Assembly: GCA_964567535.1 (NCBI GenBank)
Contig: CAZMNC010000125.1
Location: 32,353 to 96,352 of the forward strand
Source of the DNA: an uncultured Desulfobacterales bacterium
GTDB taxonomy: Bacteria > Desulfobacterota > DSM-4660 > Desulfatiglandales > JALVZP01
Direction: 5' to 3'
Length of the DNA: 64,000 nt
The notes beneath the pieces were generated by a model. That model saw only the letters and a list, made by a program, of their open reading frames with translations. It had not been told where the DNA came from and made no database searches. The first letter of the stretch is position 1. Each line of letters begins with the position of its first letter. The position numbers and the translations under genes are program-made. This document shows positions 31,069-40,212 of the stretch, piece after piece.

Positions 31069-31722
31069 TTATAATTTAATATGTTGCCAATCAGACATGT
31101 TTAATTTTTTTATAGGTCTTGCAGGAATCCCTACTGCCAATGAATTATCAGGAATATCCTTTGTTACTACTGCCCCTGCACCTATATAAGACATTTTTCC
31201 TATATTTATATTAGGAATAATAACTGCTCCTGTACCAATAAAACATCCATCACCTATACAAACTTTGCCAGATATATGAACTCCAGGGGATATAGTGGTA
31301 TACTTACCAATTACAACATCATGGCCTATTGTACAGGACAAATTTATGATAACAAAATCTTTTATACTGATTTGACTTGTAATTATGTTTCCTGCACAGA
31401 TTATAGAGCCTATTCCCACTTCAATCCACCTGGACTTTATCACACTGGGATGGATAATAGTATCATATTGAAAACCTTTTTTCTTAGTATATTCTATAAT
31501 CTTCTTTCTAATAGGGCTTCCTATAGCACATATAAGCTTAATATTATTAGGATCTAACTTTTCTAAAAGAGAAATGTCATGTATTGGTTTTCCATTCAAT
31601 AATTTGCCTTCTCTATTTGTATTTTCCTCCATAAAACCCAAAATTTCATCTTCTCTATTTAAGTCTATATAAATATTTAGGACTTCTCTTCCAAATCCCC
31701 CAGCTCCTATTATATAAATCAT
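31069..31722 (-). CDS. NeuD/PglD-like sugar N-acetyltransferase (left-handed beta-helix)
   Basis: 217 aa. N-terminal Rossmann-like IYIIGAGGFGREV and C-terminal hexapeptide repeats (IGxxxxIG). Confidence 0.8.
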   Translation of the reverse strand: MIYIIGAGGFGREVLNIYIDLNREDEILGFMEENTNREGKLLNGKPIHDISLLEKLDPNNIKLICAIGSPIRKKIIEYTKKKGFQYDTIIHPSVIKSRWIEVGIGSIICAGNIITSQISIKDFVIINLSCTIGHDVVIGKYTTISPGVHISGKVCIGDGCFIGTGAVIIPNINIGKMSYIGAGAVVTKDIPDNSLAVGIPARPIKKLNMSDWQHIKL

Positions 31723-31727
31723 AGTGC

Positions 31728-32909
31728 CTAACCTAAATTCAATAAAGGATATGATATAGATATATCATGGATATTCCTTTTGTTTAATAAATTTATTATT
31801 GTACCAGTAACTTTATCTATTTCTTTTATTTTTAAATCAGGGTAAAGTGGAAGGCATAGAATCCGAGAAGAGATATCAACAGCATTTTTTAAACCATATT
31901 TCTTTATTAAATCGCCTTTTTCTTTAAAATAATCAAATTCTACTGTTAATGGATAAAAATATTTACGAGTTTTTATGTTATTATTTAATAATTCTAAATA
32001 AACCTCATCTCTTACACTTTTACTCTCAAAGAGAATCGGCATATATGCATAATTATACTTTGATGCTATGATTTTTTGAAAACCTATATTTGGATATTCT
32101 GAAAGAGCCTTTTTATAATATTTATATAGCCTTTTTCTAAATGATATTTTTTCATCTATATTTTCAAGATTACATAAACCCATCGCGGCCTGAAATTCAT
32201 TCATTTTAGCATTTATTCCCGGAAGAATGACCCTTTCTTCAGATATAATACCATGGTTTCGCATTAATCTAATTTTATCTAACATGCTTTTATTATTAAC
32301 TATAAGCGCGCCTCCTTCAATAGTATTAAAGACTTTTGTGGCATGGAAACTTAATACTGATATATCTCCATACCTTAATATTGATCTGTTTTTATACTCC
32401 ACTCCAAAGGCATGAGCAGCATCATAGATCAATTTTAAGTTATGTGTGCAAGCAATTTTATAGAGTTCCTCTACATAACACGGATTACCATAAACATGAG
32501 TTGCAAGAATCGCACTTGTCCTATAGCTTAATTTCCTTTTTACATCATGAGGATCAATATTAAATGTCTCAGGATCAATATCAGCAAATACAGGTTTTAG
32601 TCCTAAAAGGACAGGAATGTTAGTAGTTGCAGCAAATGTAAAAGGGGTGGTAATAATTTCACCTTTCAGTTCAAAAACACTCAAAGCAATATAAAGCCCT
32701 AATGTTGCATTACTTACACAAACTAAATTTTCAACATTCAAATATTCTTCGAGCCTTTTTTCTAATAACTGAAGCAATTCACCATTATTTGTAATCCATC
32801 TACATCTCCATATCTTATCTAAATATTGAATATATCTTTTTAATGGAGGAAGATCTGATTTAGTAACAGTAATTGCATCTTTCATAAACATATAATTTAT
32901 CCATTTCAC
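31728..32909 (-). CDS. DegT/DnrJ/EryC1/StrS-family sugar aminotransferase
   Basis: About 385-393 aa. PLP-lysine region (SFHATK). The track start is a GTG at 32909, and the ATGs at 32891 and 32885 are alternatives. Confidence 0.88.
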   Translation of the reverse strand: MKWINYMFMKDAITVTKSDLPPLKRYIQYLDKIWRCRWITNNGELLQLLEKRLEEYLNVENLVCVSNATLGLYIALSVFELKGEIITTPFTFAATTNIPVLLGLKPVFADIDPETFNIDPHDVKRKLSYRTSAILATHVYGNPCYVEELYKIACTHNLKLIYDAAHAFGVEYKNRSILRYGDISVLSFHATKVFNTIEGGALIVNNKSMLDKIRLMRNHGIISEERVILPGINAKMNEFQAAMGLCNLENIDEKISFRKRLYKYYKKALSEYPNIGFQKIIASKYNYAYMPILFESKSVRDEVYLELLNNNIKTRKYFYPLTVEFDYFKEKGDLIKKYGLKNAVDISSRILCLPLYPDLKIKEIDKVTGTIINLLNKRNIHDISISYPLLNLG

Positions 32910-32915
32910 AAAGAC

Positions 32916-35900
32916 TTATAAAAAAGTATATTTATGTTCATAAAACATCCTTAAATTTTCTAAATATCTGTTGTAATTATAATAAGCCTTACACATAAAA
33001 TATTGTTGGTTTTGATATTTAGAAAACTTTGCTTCATTATCTAATTCCTTTAGATCATAACATATATTTTTAACTAATTCTTCATAACTATGATAAACAG
33101 TACGCAATTTTTTAAAATCAGCGGTAAAAAAATTAGGATTATATACAGCAAAACTAATACCACCACTAAAAATAGTCTCTACAAAATACCCATCTAAGCC
33201 CTCTCCAAAGGTCAACGACCATTTTGCTCGAGATATTAATTTTTTATAATCTTCATAATGAAGATTATTTATAATATGTATATCTAAATTTGGCAGTGCA
33301 GTTTGAATCAAATTTAGGATTTTCATCTTCATGAAGTGACTATCAGGAGAAACTATCATTATATCTTCTTTTTCTTTGTAATCTTTTTTATTATACCACT
33401 CAGGACTTACATAAGTAGAAAGTCTGTGTAATGGGATACCCAGTTTTTCTCTTACCTCTAAAGTAGAATATTGATCATGAGCCGTAGTACATGTTAAAAA
33501 TCCCATCTTTTTTAATTTCCTAAAAATTTCTTTATAATTTTGAGGCAATGCCTCTATATTTTGAAGCATTATATTAAAATGAATTTTCTTAATTTTTTTT
33601 AATTTAAAATAATAATTATTAAGAAATTCTATTGTGACTCTATCTATAACATGCAAAGGTATATGAATCATCAACTCTTTTAAATTAGAAAAATAAGAAA
33701 GAATCTGCGAAAATTTGTAAATATAATCTTTATTATGGAATTTAGTGTGTCTTATTAAATCAGGATCACCGGGAATGGTACAAATTATTGTTTCAGCATT
33801 ATGTATAGACTTTAATTTTTTTGTTTCCTTATAGATAGAATAAATAGACAAAATACCACCATTTACAATATCATAACCTGGGATAAGGAATACTATAAGT
33901 TTCTTAGTATCAGGGGGATAATTTTCTTTCAATATCTTATCTCTTTGTTCTTTCTGATATTCATTCTCTTCTAATTCCTTATAAATCTCGTATATTTCCT
34001 GAGCTTCTCTGGTAAAACCAAGACCAAGCATAATCTGGCCACAATTCCACATAATATCCAGATCATCAGGACATAATTTCATAGCCATTGATATACAGGA
34101 AAAAGCCTTTTCCCTGTCTTGTTTATGCCAATATATAGCTGCGAGATCATTATAGGCTTGTGCACATGATGGATCTGTCTTTATTGCTTGCTCAAAAAGG
34201 GAGATAGCCTTATCTATTTCTCCTTTTTCAAAAAGTTGCTCCCCTTTTTTACAAAAGAGCTTAGCTTTATCTTTGTGCTTAAAATCCTTAGCAAGATATC
34301 TTTTAAAACATAAACCTTGAGCTAAAGACAAAAATTTCAAAAAAGTCCATTTATCAGGATTGTTCACAAAATCTTTTGCTGAATTTTCAAGAACTATATC
34401 TGGCCAATCTTCCCATATTTTAGGATCCAATTTATATAGCTCTATCTTACCTTTCTTACCCAGAATAAAGTCTTTTATGCCTTCTACAAAGCCTTTTATA
34501 CACGCTGGACTTTTATTTAGCTGATCCCAATACGTTTTTTCTAAAATAGCAAAGCAATCAGAAATATTATTATATTGCACATTGCAATATAAAAAATTTC
34601 TTGGGGCATAATATGCGCTAATAGGGGTCTTAAGCCATTTACCAATAGATGCACCCCCTTTATGATAGACCACTGAACATGGATCATATAAAATAAACCA
34701 GCCATTGCTTTTTGCCCTTTTACAAAAATCGTTATCTTCAAAATAAAGGAAGTAATCTGTATTTAAAAATCCTATATCTTTAAAAACAGCACTTTTTATA
34801 AGAAGACTACACGCAGGAGCAAATTCCACAATTTTTAAAAAATCGTCATTATTATCCTCTTTGCCTACATCACTCGGGATATCCCCATCATACTGCACCT
34901 TTTTTTTATCCTCATAAAAATATATTTTGGAAGAAACAAGCCCTATTCTTTCATCTATGATTGATGACCGCACAAGCCTCGATAAGGCATTTTCATCTAC
35001 TACAGTGTCATTGTTTAATAGCCATACATAATCGGCTTTACATTTTAAAGCATATTTTATACCTATATTATTGGCACCTGAAAAGCCAAGATTTTCCTCA
35101 TTTTCTATAATAATTAATTCTTTTGTAAAATCCTTATCAGGAAAGACAAAATCTTTATTGCAAAAGATAATATGTTTACCCTTATCTTTTGCCCATTTTA
35201 TAATTTTGTCTGTAGAATCATCTTGTGAACCATTTTCTACTATAATTATTTGGAAATTATTATATTTAATATTGTAAATAGACTCCAAACAATGTAGAGT
35301 ATCATGTGCATTTTTATAATTTACTAAAATTATTGAAACCTTTTTATCTATTTCTTTGAACATATTTTCATACTTTTTAGATGGCTTAAACCAGGCTATT
35401 CCCCATAGTTCTTCAGGAACAGGAACATTTCCAAAACCATAGTGTTCTATAAGCTTGTATGCCAGTCTATCTGTGCTTTCTTGAACCAACCTATTAACTT
35501 CCTGATAAGGACTGGTTTGAAATGAAGCTTGTCCCTTATGATAAATAAAGACGTCAGTTGCCACTAACAATTTATATCCATATAATTGAAGTCTCCAGGA
35601 AAATTCCAAATCTTCGTTTCCCAAAAATAGACTCTCATCCAGAAGCCCTAATTTTTTAAAAACGTCCTTCTTTATGACAAGACAGAAGCCAGTTAGCAGT
35701 TTAGTTTCCACATCTTTATCTTTATAGTACTTATATATTTCTTCTGATATTTGGATAATACTAAAATCACCATTTGATATGGGAAGATCTTTTAAATATA
35801 AACTTAAACTCTGTTTACCTGAAGCGAAATTAGATATAGGACCAACAGCACCTATATCCTTGTTTTTAAAATGTGCTATTAATCTTTTATCCCAATCAGG

Positions 35901-37625
35901 AGTAACAGAAGTATCAGGATTAAGCAAAATTATATATTGTCCTTTTGCTAATTTAATTCCTTGATTACATGCCCTTGCAAAACCAAGATTTCCTTTATTA
36001 AAGATTGGTTTAATAACCAAAGGAAATCGTTTATGAAATGAGGTCAATATATCCTGTGTATCATCCTTAGAGTCATTATCAATGACCAATACTTCATAAG
36101 GTAGCTTAGTAAAGGACAATATACTATTCAAACAATTAGATATATGCTCAGATGAATTATAAGTCACTATAATTATACTGATACTATTTACCCTAATATC
36201 AGGCTTAATTTTTCCCTGCCATTTTTGATTTAATCTTTTCACATTTTCATATTCAAACTTATGTCTATTATTTGTTTGCCCTTCAAAATGATATAAGACA
36301 CTATTTGGACAATATATGACTTTATATCCCAGCTCTCTCACTTTAAAACACAGATCCACATCTTCATATCCATTGATAAATTTTTCATCAAATCTGCCAA
36401 CTTGATCGAAAACTCTTTTTGGAATTAACATACAGGCACCTGTAACTGCCTTATATTCTTTTACCTGGTTTACTTCTAAAATATTAGCTGATTTTTTATA
36501 ATATATATGATGAGGAGAAATAGGCTCAGGAAAATCACATATCACAACACCAGCATGTTGTATAGTCCCATCAGGAAAAAGCAATTTACTGCCTACGATC
36601 CCAACTTTTTTATCATTTTTTATAATATTTAGCATTTCTTCCAACCAGTTGGCCAAGGGTATAATATCATTATTTAAAAACAATAAATATTCACCCTTAG
36701 CGAGCTGTGCACCTTGGTTACATGCCTTTGCAAAACCAAAATTTTCTTTATTATTTATAATCTTTAAGTTCGGGTGATCTTTAACAAAATCTTCCAAAAA
36801 CTCTTTTGTCCCATCGGTAGAGCCATTATTTACTATGATAAGCTCAAACAAATTACTTGGTGTTACTTGATATAATGTGGAAATACAATTCTTGGTATAT
36901 TCCATTTTATTAAATACTGGAATAATGATAGACACCAAAGTCTTTGTTTTAATATGGGACATCCAGACCTTACCCTTAGGACGCACAAAATTTAATGCCT
37001 TTAAAAATTGTTCCTCAGAAGGTATTATTCCCAAAAACCATGTCAATTCTCTTAAAATAGGTTCAGGGTTTGATATAAACTTCTCATACCATATATGAAA
37101 ATTTTTCAATTTAGGATATTTTTTAATAAAATTTAATATTCGAGTTTCATAAATTTGAATCAATTTCAAACTGGAATCTATATCTTTACCATCTCTCTGT
37201 TTTAAAGATGCTGATATATTTTTAGGATTTCTGTGACATATAATAAAATAGGGGTTTTTCAGATATGGTAAAAAAAGCTCTATTGTCAAAACAGTTCTTG
37301 GATCTTTCCATCCCCATATACCAGAAGCCTCATTTTCAATAAGTCTTTTTATATACAAAGAAAATTTTTCTTTTTGAGCCAAAATAGCATCTTCTGAAGG
37401 TGGATTATCCCAACTACCACCAGCAGCCTTTAAGATTTCATCATTTAATTTTACAAACTCTAAATTTTCAAAGTGTCCCAAAGGATTAGACCAATGAGAG
37501 TCCATAAGATTTTTACCCATGTCAATACCTAAGATGTTTAAAATACCAGATATCATTGAAGTGCCAGATCTATGCATTCCCAAAACTATCACTGATTTTT
37601 TAATCTTATGAAAATCAGAAGACAT
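32916..37625 (-). CDS. Giant multidomain glycan-synthesis protein: N-terminal sulfotransferase + three GT2 glycosyltransferase modules + TPR repeats + unassigned C-terminal domain
   Basis: 1569 aa.
- Residues from about 10 to 215 carry GMHRSGTS and WKDPR (PAPS-binding loops of bacterial sulfotransferases).
- Three GT2 starts are present: SIIIPVFNK...NNGSTDGT, IIIVTYNS...DNDSKDDT, SIILVNYKN...ENGSQDDS.
- A TPR block lies around residues 1100-1210.
- The last 340 aa or so are unassigned. Confidence 0.85.
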   Translation of the reverse strand: MSSDFHKIKKSVIVLGMHRSGTSMISGILNILGIDMGKNLMDSHWSNPLGHFENLEFVKLNDEILKAAGGSWDNPPSEDAILAQKEKFSLYIKRLIENEASGIWGWKDPRTVLTIELFLPYLKNPYFIICHRNPKNISASLKQRDGKDIDSSLKLIQIYETRILNFIKKYPKLKNFHIWYEKFISNPEPILRELTWFLGIIPSEEQFLKALNFVRPKGKVWMSHIKTKTLVSIIIPVFNKMEYTKNCISTLYQVTPSNLFELIIVNNGSTDGTKEFLEDFVKDHPNLKIINNKENFGFAKACNQGAQLAKGEYLLFLNNDIIPLANWLEEMLNIIKNDKKVGIVGSKLLFPDGTIQHAGVVICDFPEPISPHHIYYKKSANILEVNQVKEYKAVTGACMLIPKRVFDQVGRFDEKFINGYEDVDLCFKVRELGYKVIYCPNSVLYHFEGQTNNRHKFEYENVKRLNQKWQGKIKPDIRVNSISIIIVTYNSSEHISNCLNSILSFTKLPYEVLVIDNDSKDDTQDILTSFHKRFPLVIKPIFNKGNLGFARACNQGIKLAKGQYIILLNPDTSVTPDWDKRLIAHFKNKDIGAVGPISNFASGKQSLSLYLKDLPISNGDFSIIQISEEIYKYYKDKDVETKLLTGFCLVIKKDVFKKLGLLDESLFLGNEDLEFSWRLQLYGYKLLVATDVFIYHKGQASFQTSPYQEVNRLVQESTDRLAYKLIEHYGFGNVPVPEELWGIAWFKPSKKYENMFKEIDKKVSIILVNYKNAHDTLHCLESIYNIKYNNFQIIIVENGSQDDSTDKIIKWAKDKGKHIIFCNKDFVFPDKDFTKELIIIENEENLGFSGANNIGIKYALKCKADYVWLLNNDTVVDENALSRLVRSSIIDERIGLVSSKIYFYEDKKKVQYDGDIPSDVGKEDNNDDFLKIVEFAPACSLLIKSAVFKDIGFLNTDYFLYFEDNDFCKRAKSNGWFILYDPCSVVYHKGGASIGKWLKTPISAYYAPRNFLYCNVQYNNISDCFAILEKTYWDQLNKSPACIKGFVEGIKDFILGKKGKIELYKLDPKIWEDWPDIVLENSAKDFVNNPDKWTFLKFLSLAQGLCFKRYLAKDFKHKDKAKLFCKKGEQLFEKGEIDKAISLFEQAIKTDPSCAQAYNDLAAIYWHKQDREKAFSCISMAMKLCPDDLDIMWNCGQIMLGLGFTREAQEIYEIYKELEENEYQKEQRDKILKENYPPDTKKLIVFLIPGYDIVNGGILSIYSIYKETKKLKSIHNAETIICTIPGDPDLIRHTKFHNKDYIYKFSQILSYFSNLKELMIHIPLHVIDRVTIEFLNNYYFKLKKIKKIHFNIMLQNIEALPQNYKEIFRKLKKMGFLTCTTAHDQYSTLEVREKLGIPLHRLSTYVSPEWYNKKDYKEKEDIMIVSPDSHFMKMKILNLIQTALPNLDIHIINNLHYEDYKKLISRAKWSLTFGEGLDGYFVETIFSGGISFAVYNPNFFTADFKKLRTVYHSYEELVKNICYDLKELDNEAKFSKYQNQQYFMCKAYYNYNRYLENLRMFYEHKYTFL

Positions 37626-37666
37626 AAATTTCCTCCCTCATTTACAAATAATGCATTTTTTAATTT

Positions 37667-37682
37667 TGCAAATTAAATGCCA
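37667..37682 (-). promoter_or_regulatory. Sigma-54 (-24/-12) promoter-like element upstream of the giant glycosyltransferase gene
   Basis: The minus strand reads TGGCAT-TTAAT-TTGCA, with the correct GG-to-GC spacing. It ends 41 nt upstream of the ATG at 37625, and GAGGGAGGA lies in the predicted leader. Confidence 0.55.
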
Positions 37683-37756
37683 TTAAAGACTCTTTTTTCT
37701 TATTAAGAAATATCGGCTTTAGATTAAAAAATGTGCGGATAATAATGGGTCAAAAA

Positions 37757-37784
37757 GGCACAAATGTGTTAATTTGGCACAAAT
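37757..37784. repeat. Direct repeat GGCACAAAT x2 with 19-bp periodicity, upstream of the sigma-54-like element
   Basis: GGCACAAAT occurs at 37757-37765 and 37776-37784, which is 75-100 bp upstream (minus-strand sense) of the TGGCAT-N5-TTGCA element. This is a possible activator-binding site. Confidence 0.35.
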
Positions 37785-37793
37785 ATATATTCA

Positions 37794-38465
37794 TCAGGTT
37801 CCAATATAGCCTGGCAGATTTTTAATAATTGAATAAATTTTTTGGCTATTTTCACTCAAAAATTTTATTATCTCATTAGATTTCTTTGTAAGATATTCTC
37901 TGTTCTGTTCTTTTATTTCTTTACCCTTTATAAGCATCCTATTTTCATAGAGAATGCATATAATCATATCCTCGGCATCAGGTATAACATTGAATTTATT
38001 TTTCAGATAATTAAACCAATAACCAAACTCTTGGGGATGTTCCAAGTGCTCTAAGGGTATAATATATTCCAGAGAAAGTGCTCGTGCAAAAGCTGGTATA
38101 ATACAAGAACCATTAAGAAAATCCAAGGCATGAGCTAACTCATGAATCAAAGAACTCTCATTAGCATTAGGCTTTAGGGCTATATATATGTTTTTTGGAT
38201 CACTAATACGTGTTTTTAAAGCATTTATCATCAAGGCATCTGGATATTTATTCTGTTTTTTGCCATTCATATTAAGAGCCATATAGGCATTCATATCCAC
38301 AAATTTTATTCCCATATCTTTTCCTGTAATCTCTTTTAGATTTAGCTCATTCTTTATTTGTTGAGATCTGCCATAATCAACCTCTGAAAGGCTTGTAATC
38401 ATAAGACTTTTATCAAAAGAAATCTCTTTTAAACTATCTGCGACAAGTTTTTTTTCGTCTATCAT
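37794..38465 (-). CDS. Hypothetical protein with HExxH motif (putative zinc metallopeptidase-like)
   Basis: 223 aa containing LIHELAHALDF. Its start lies 1 nt after the stop of the upstream Zn-ribbon gene. It is the last gene of the sat-apr-qmo-hdr transcription unit. Confidence 0.5.
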   Translation of the reverse strand: MIDEKKLVADSLKEISFDKSLMITSLSEVDYGRSQQIKNELNLKEITGKDMGIKFVDMNAYMALNMNGKKQNKYPDALMINALKTRISDPKNIYIALKPNANESSLIHELAHALDFLNGSCIIPAFARALSLEYIIPLEHLEHPQEFGYWFNYLKNKFNVIPDAEDMIICILYENRMLIKGKEIKEQNREYLTKKSNEIIKFLSENSQKIYSIIKNLPGYIGT

Positions 38466-38466
38466 T

Positions 38467-38736
38467 TTAATCCTCTATTATCTGATCTTTATGGGCATCA
38501 TATGACCAACATGGAAGAGGGCCAGAATTACCTGTATCAGGTTCTATCATATGTCTATATGATGCCTTTATATTCTGTGTCTTTAACATATGATCCCATC
38601 CTCTCACAAAATAAGGACAATCATCATTAAAACAAACCCAGTTAAATTCTGATGTCCAAGTAGAATGAGGAGGAGTCCTCCACTTTTTCATTGTTGCCCC
38701 ACAATAAGGACATTTAGGCGCTTCTGATATACTCAT
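38467..38736 (-). CDS. Small zinc-ribbon protein (89 aa)
   Basis: CPYC...(22 aa)...CFNDDC four-Cys pattern. An AAGGGGG RBS lies in the 16-nt gap after hdrB. Confidence 0.55.
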   Translation of the reverse strand: MSISEAPKCPYCGATMKKWRTPPHSTWTSEFNWVCFNDDCPYFVRGWDHMLKTQNIKASYRHMIEPDTGNSGPLPCWSYDAHKDQIIED

Positions 38737-38752
38737 ATTACATACCCCCTTT

Positions 38753-39628
38753 TTATCTAATATGTTTCATAACGTATTCTGGTGGAATAAAATTCATATG
38801 GAGAACTGCCTCTTTTTTTAAATCCATACCAAATGCCACTGCTATAAGCTGAGTTAGATATACTACCGGTATTTCAATATGCGTACCATATATTTTATTT
38901 ATTCTCGTTTGATACATTTCAAGGTTCATTGCACACATAGGACATATCGTAGAAATTATCTTTGCCCCATGTGATATAGCATCCTCCAATATATCTTTTA
39001 CAAGACCTAAACACAACTCCATTTCTGGAAAGAATATTCCAGAACCACAACATTGCATCTTTTTTGGAAATTTGACCGGCTCTGCTCCTAAAGCCTCAAT
39101 TATTTTATCCTGAACCTTTGGCCTTTCTACACTATCATACTCCCCATAAGGTCTTACAGACTGACAACCTACATAACCAGCCACTTTTAATCCATTCAGA
39201 GGTTTTATCACAGCATCTCTTATCCTTTTTATTCCCACGTCATTAAATAATATATCCTGAATATGCCTTACCCTCAATGTACCATTATATTCAAGTCCTG
39301 CCTTTGCTAATATATTATTTATTAAGTTTCTAATGGATTCATTCTCTTGAATCTCATGATTAGCCCTATTCATTTGGACATAACATGAACTACAAGGAGC
39401 AACAATATCATAACTGGCTGTTTTTTCAGCAAGAGCTAAATTTCTTGCATTAAGCACTTTAATAGTAAAATCTTTTGCACCCACATAAGAAACACTTGCT
39501 CCACAACAATTCCAATCCTCTATTTCCTCAAATTCTATACCCAGTTTTTTACACACTGGTTTAAGTGACTTTAAATAATTAGCTCCACTTGCTTCGAGAC
39601 TACATCCCCAATATAAAAAATATTTCAT
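38753..39628 (-). CDS. hdrB: Heterodisulfide reductase subunit B-like protein (two CCG domains)
   Basis: 291 aa with two CCG motifs (NCCGASVSY and QCCGSGIFF). Overlaps hdrC by 4 nt. Confidence 0.85.
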   Translation of the reverse strand: MKYFLYWGCSLEASGANYLKSLKPVCKKLGIEFEEIEDWNCCGASVSYVGAKDFTIKVLNARNLALAEKTASYDIVAPCSSCYVQMNRANHEIQENESIRNLINNILAKAGLEYNGTLRVRHIQDILFNDVGIKRIRDAVIKPLNGLKVAGYVGCQSVRPYGEYDSVERPKVQDKIIEALGAEPVKFPKKMQCCGSGIFFPEMELCLGLVKDILEDAISHGAKIISTICPMCAMNLEMYQTRINKIYGTHIEIPVVYLTQLIAVAFGMDLKKEAVLHMNFIPPEYVMKHIR

Positions 39629-40212
39629 ATAGATTCTCCTACATTTTCAGCTTCTTCTAACATTACTTTAAACTCTTTTAGACTCTTTAACTTTCCTTCA
39701 GGTAATAACTTCATTCTTCCATGAAGCAACATAATCAAACCCATATCTGCCATATCCAACGTATTTTTAAGTCCTTGAATAAAACCATTAGAAAATAGAT
39801 ATTCCCTTAATAGGGCTTTTTCATCTATTCTACCCCGTTTATATATTTGTTTCCAAAAAACTTTTCCAAAAGTAGATGTATTTTTACTGGATTCCATGCT
39901 TAGTTTTGTGGCATAATAAGCGAGACTGTGCATGATATCCATAACAGGGATACCACGCGGACATCTAACTTTACATGAATAGCAGGATGTGCACAGGAAA
40001 ATAGACTTGCTTTTTAAGATTGTTGCTTTTTTACCCGCCCTGAGGAGGGCGAATATTTTACGAGGAGGGTAATCCATGTGGTGTTTAAGGGGGCAGGATC
40101 CTGCACACATCCCGCACTGAATACACTTTTTTATTTCTTCAACAAATTCCACATCTTTAAATATATCTATAGCCACCGTGCTATTGTATTGTAGCATAGC
40201 GTCAATTACCAT
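39625..40212 (-). CDS. hdrC: Heterodisulfide reductase subunit C-like 4Fe-4S dicluster protein (soluble, no TM helices)
   Basis: 195 aa with CIQCGMCAGSCP and CTSCYSCKVRCP ferredoxin motifs. No hydrophobic helices are visible. Confidence 0.8.
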   Translation of the reverse strand: MVIDAMLQYNSTVAIDIFKDVEFVEEIKKCIQCGMCAGSCPLKHHMDYPPRKIFALLRAGKKATILKSKSIFLCTSCYSCKVRCPRGIPVMDIMHSLAYYATKLSMESSKNTSTFGKVFWKQIYKRGRIDEKALLREYLFSNGFIQGLKNTLDMADMGLIMLLHGRMKLLPEGKLKSLKEFKVMLEEAENVGESI

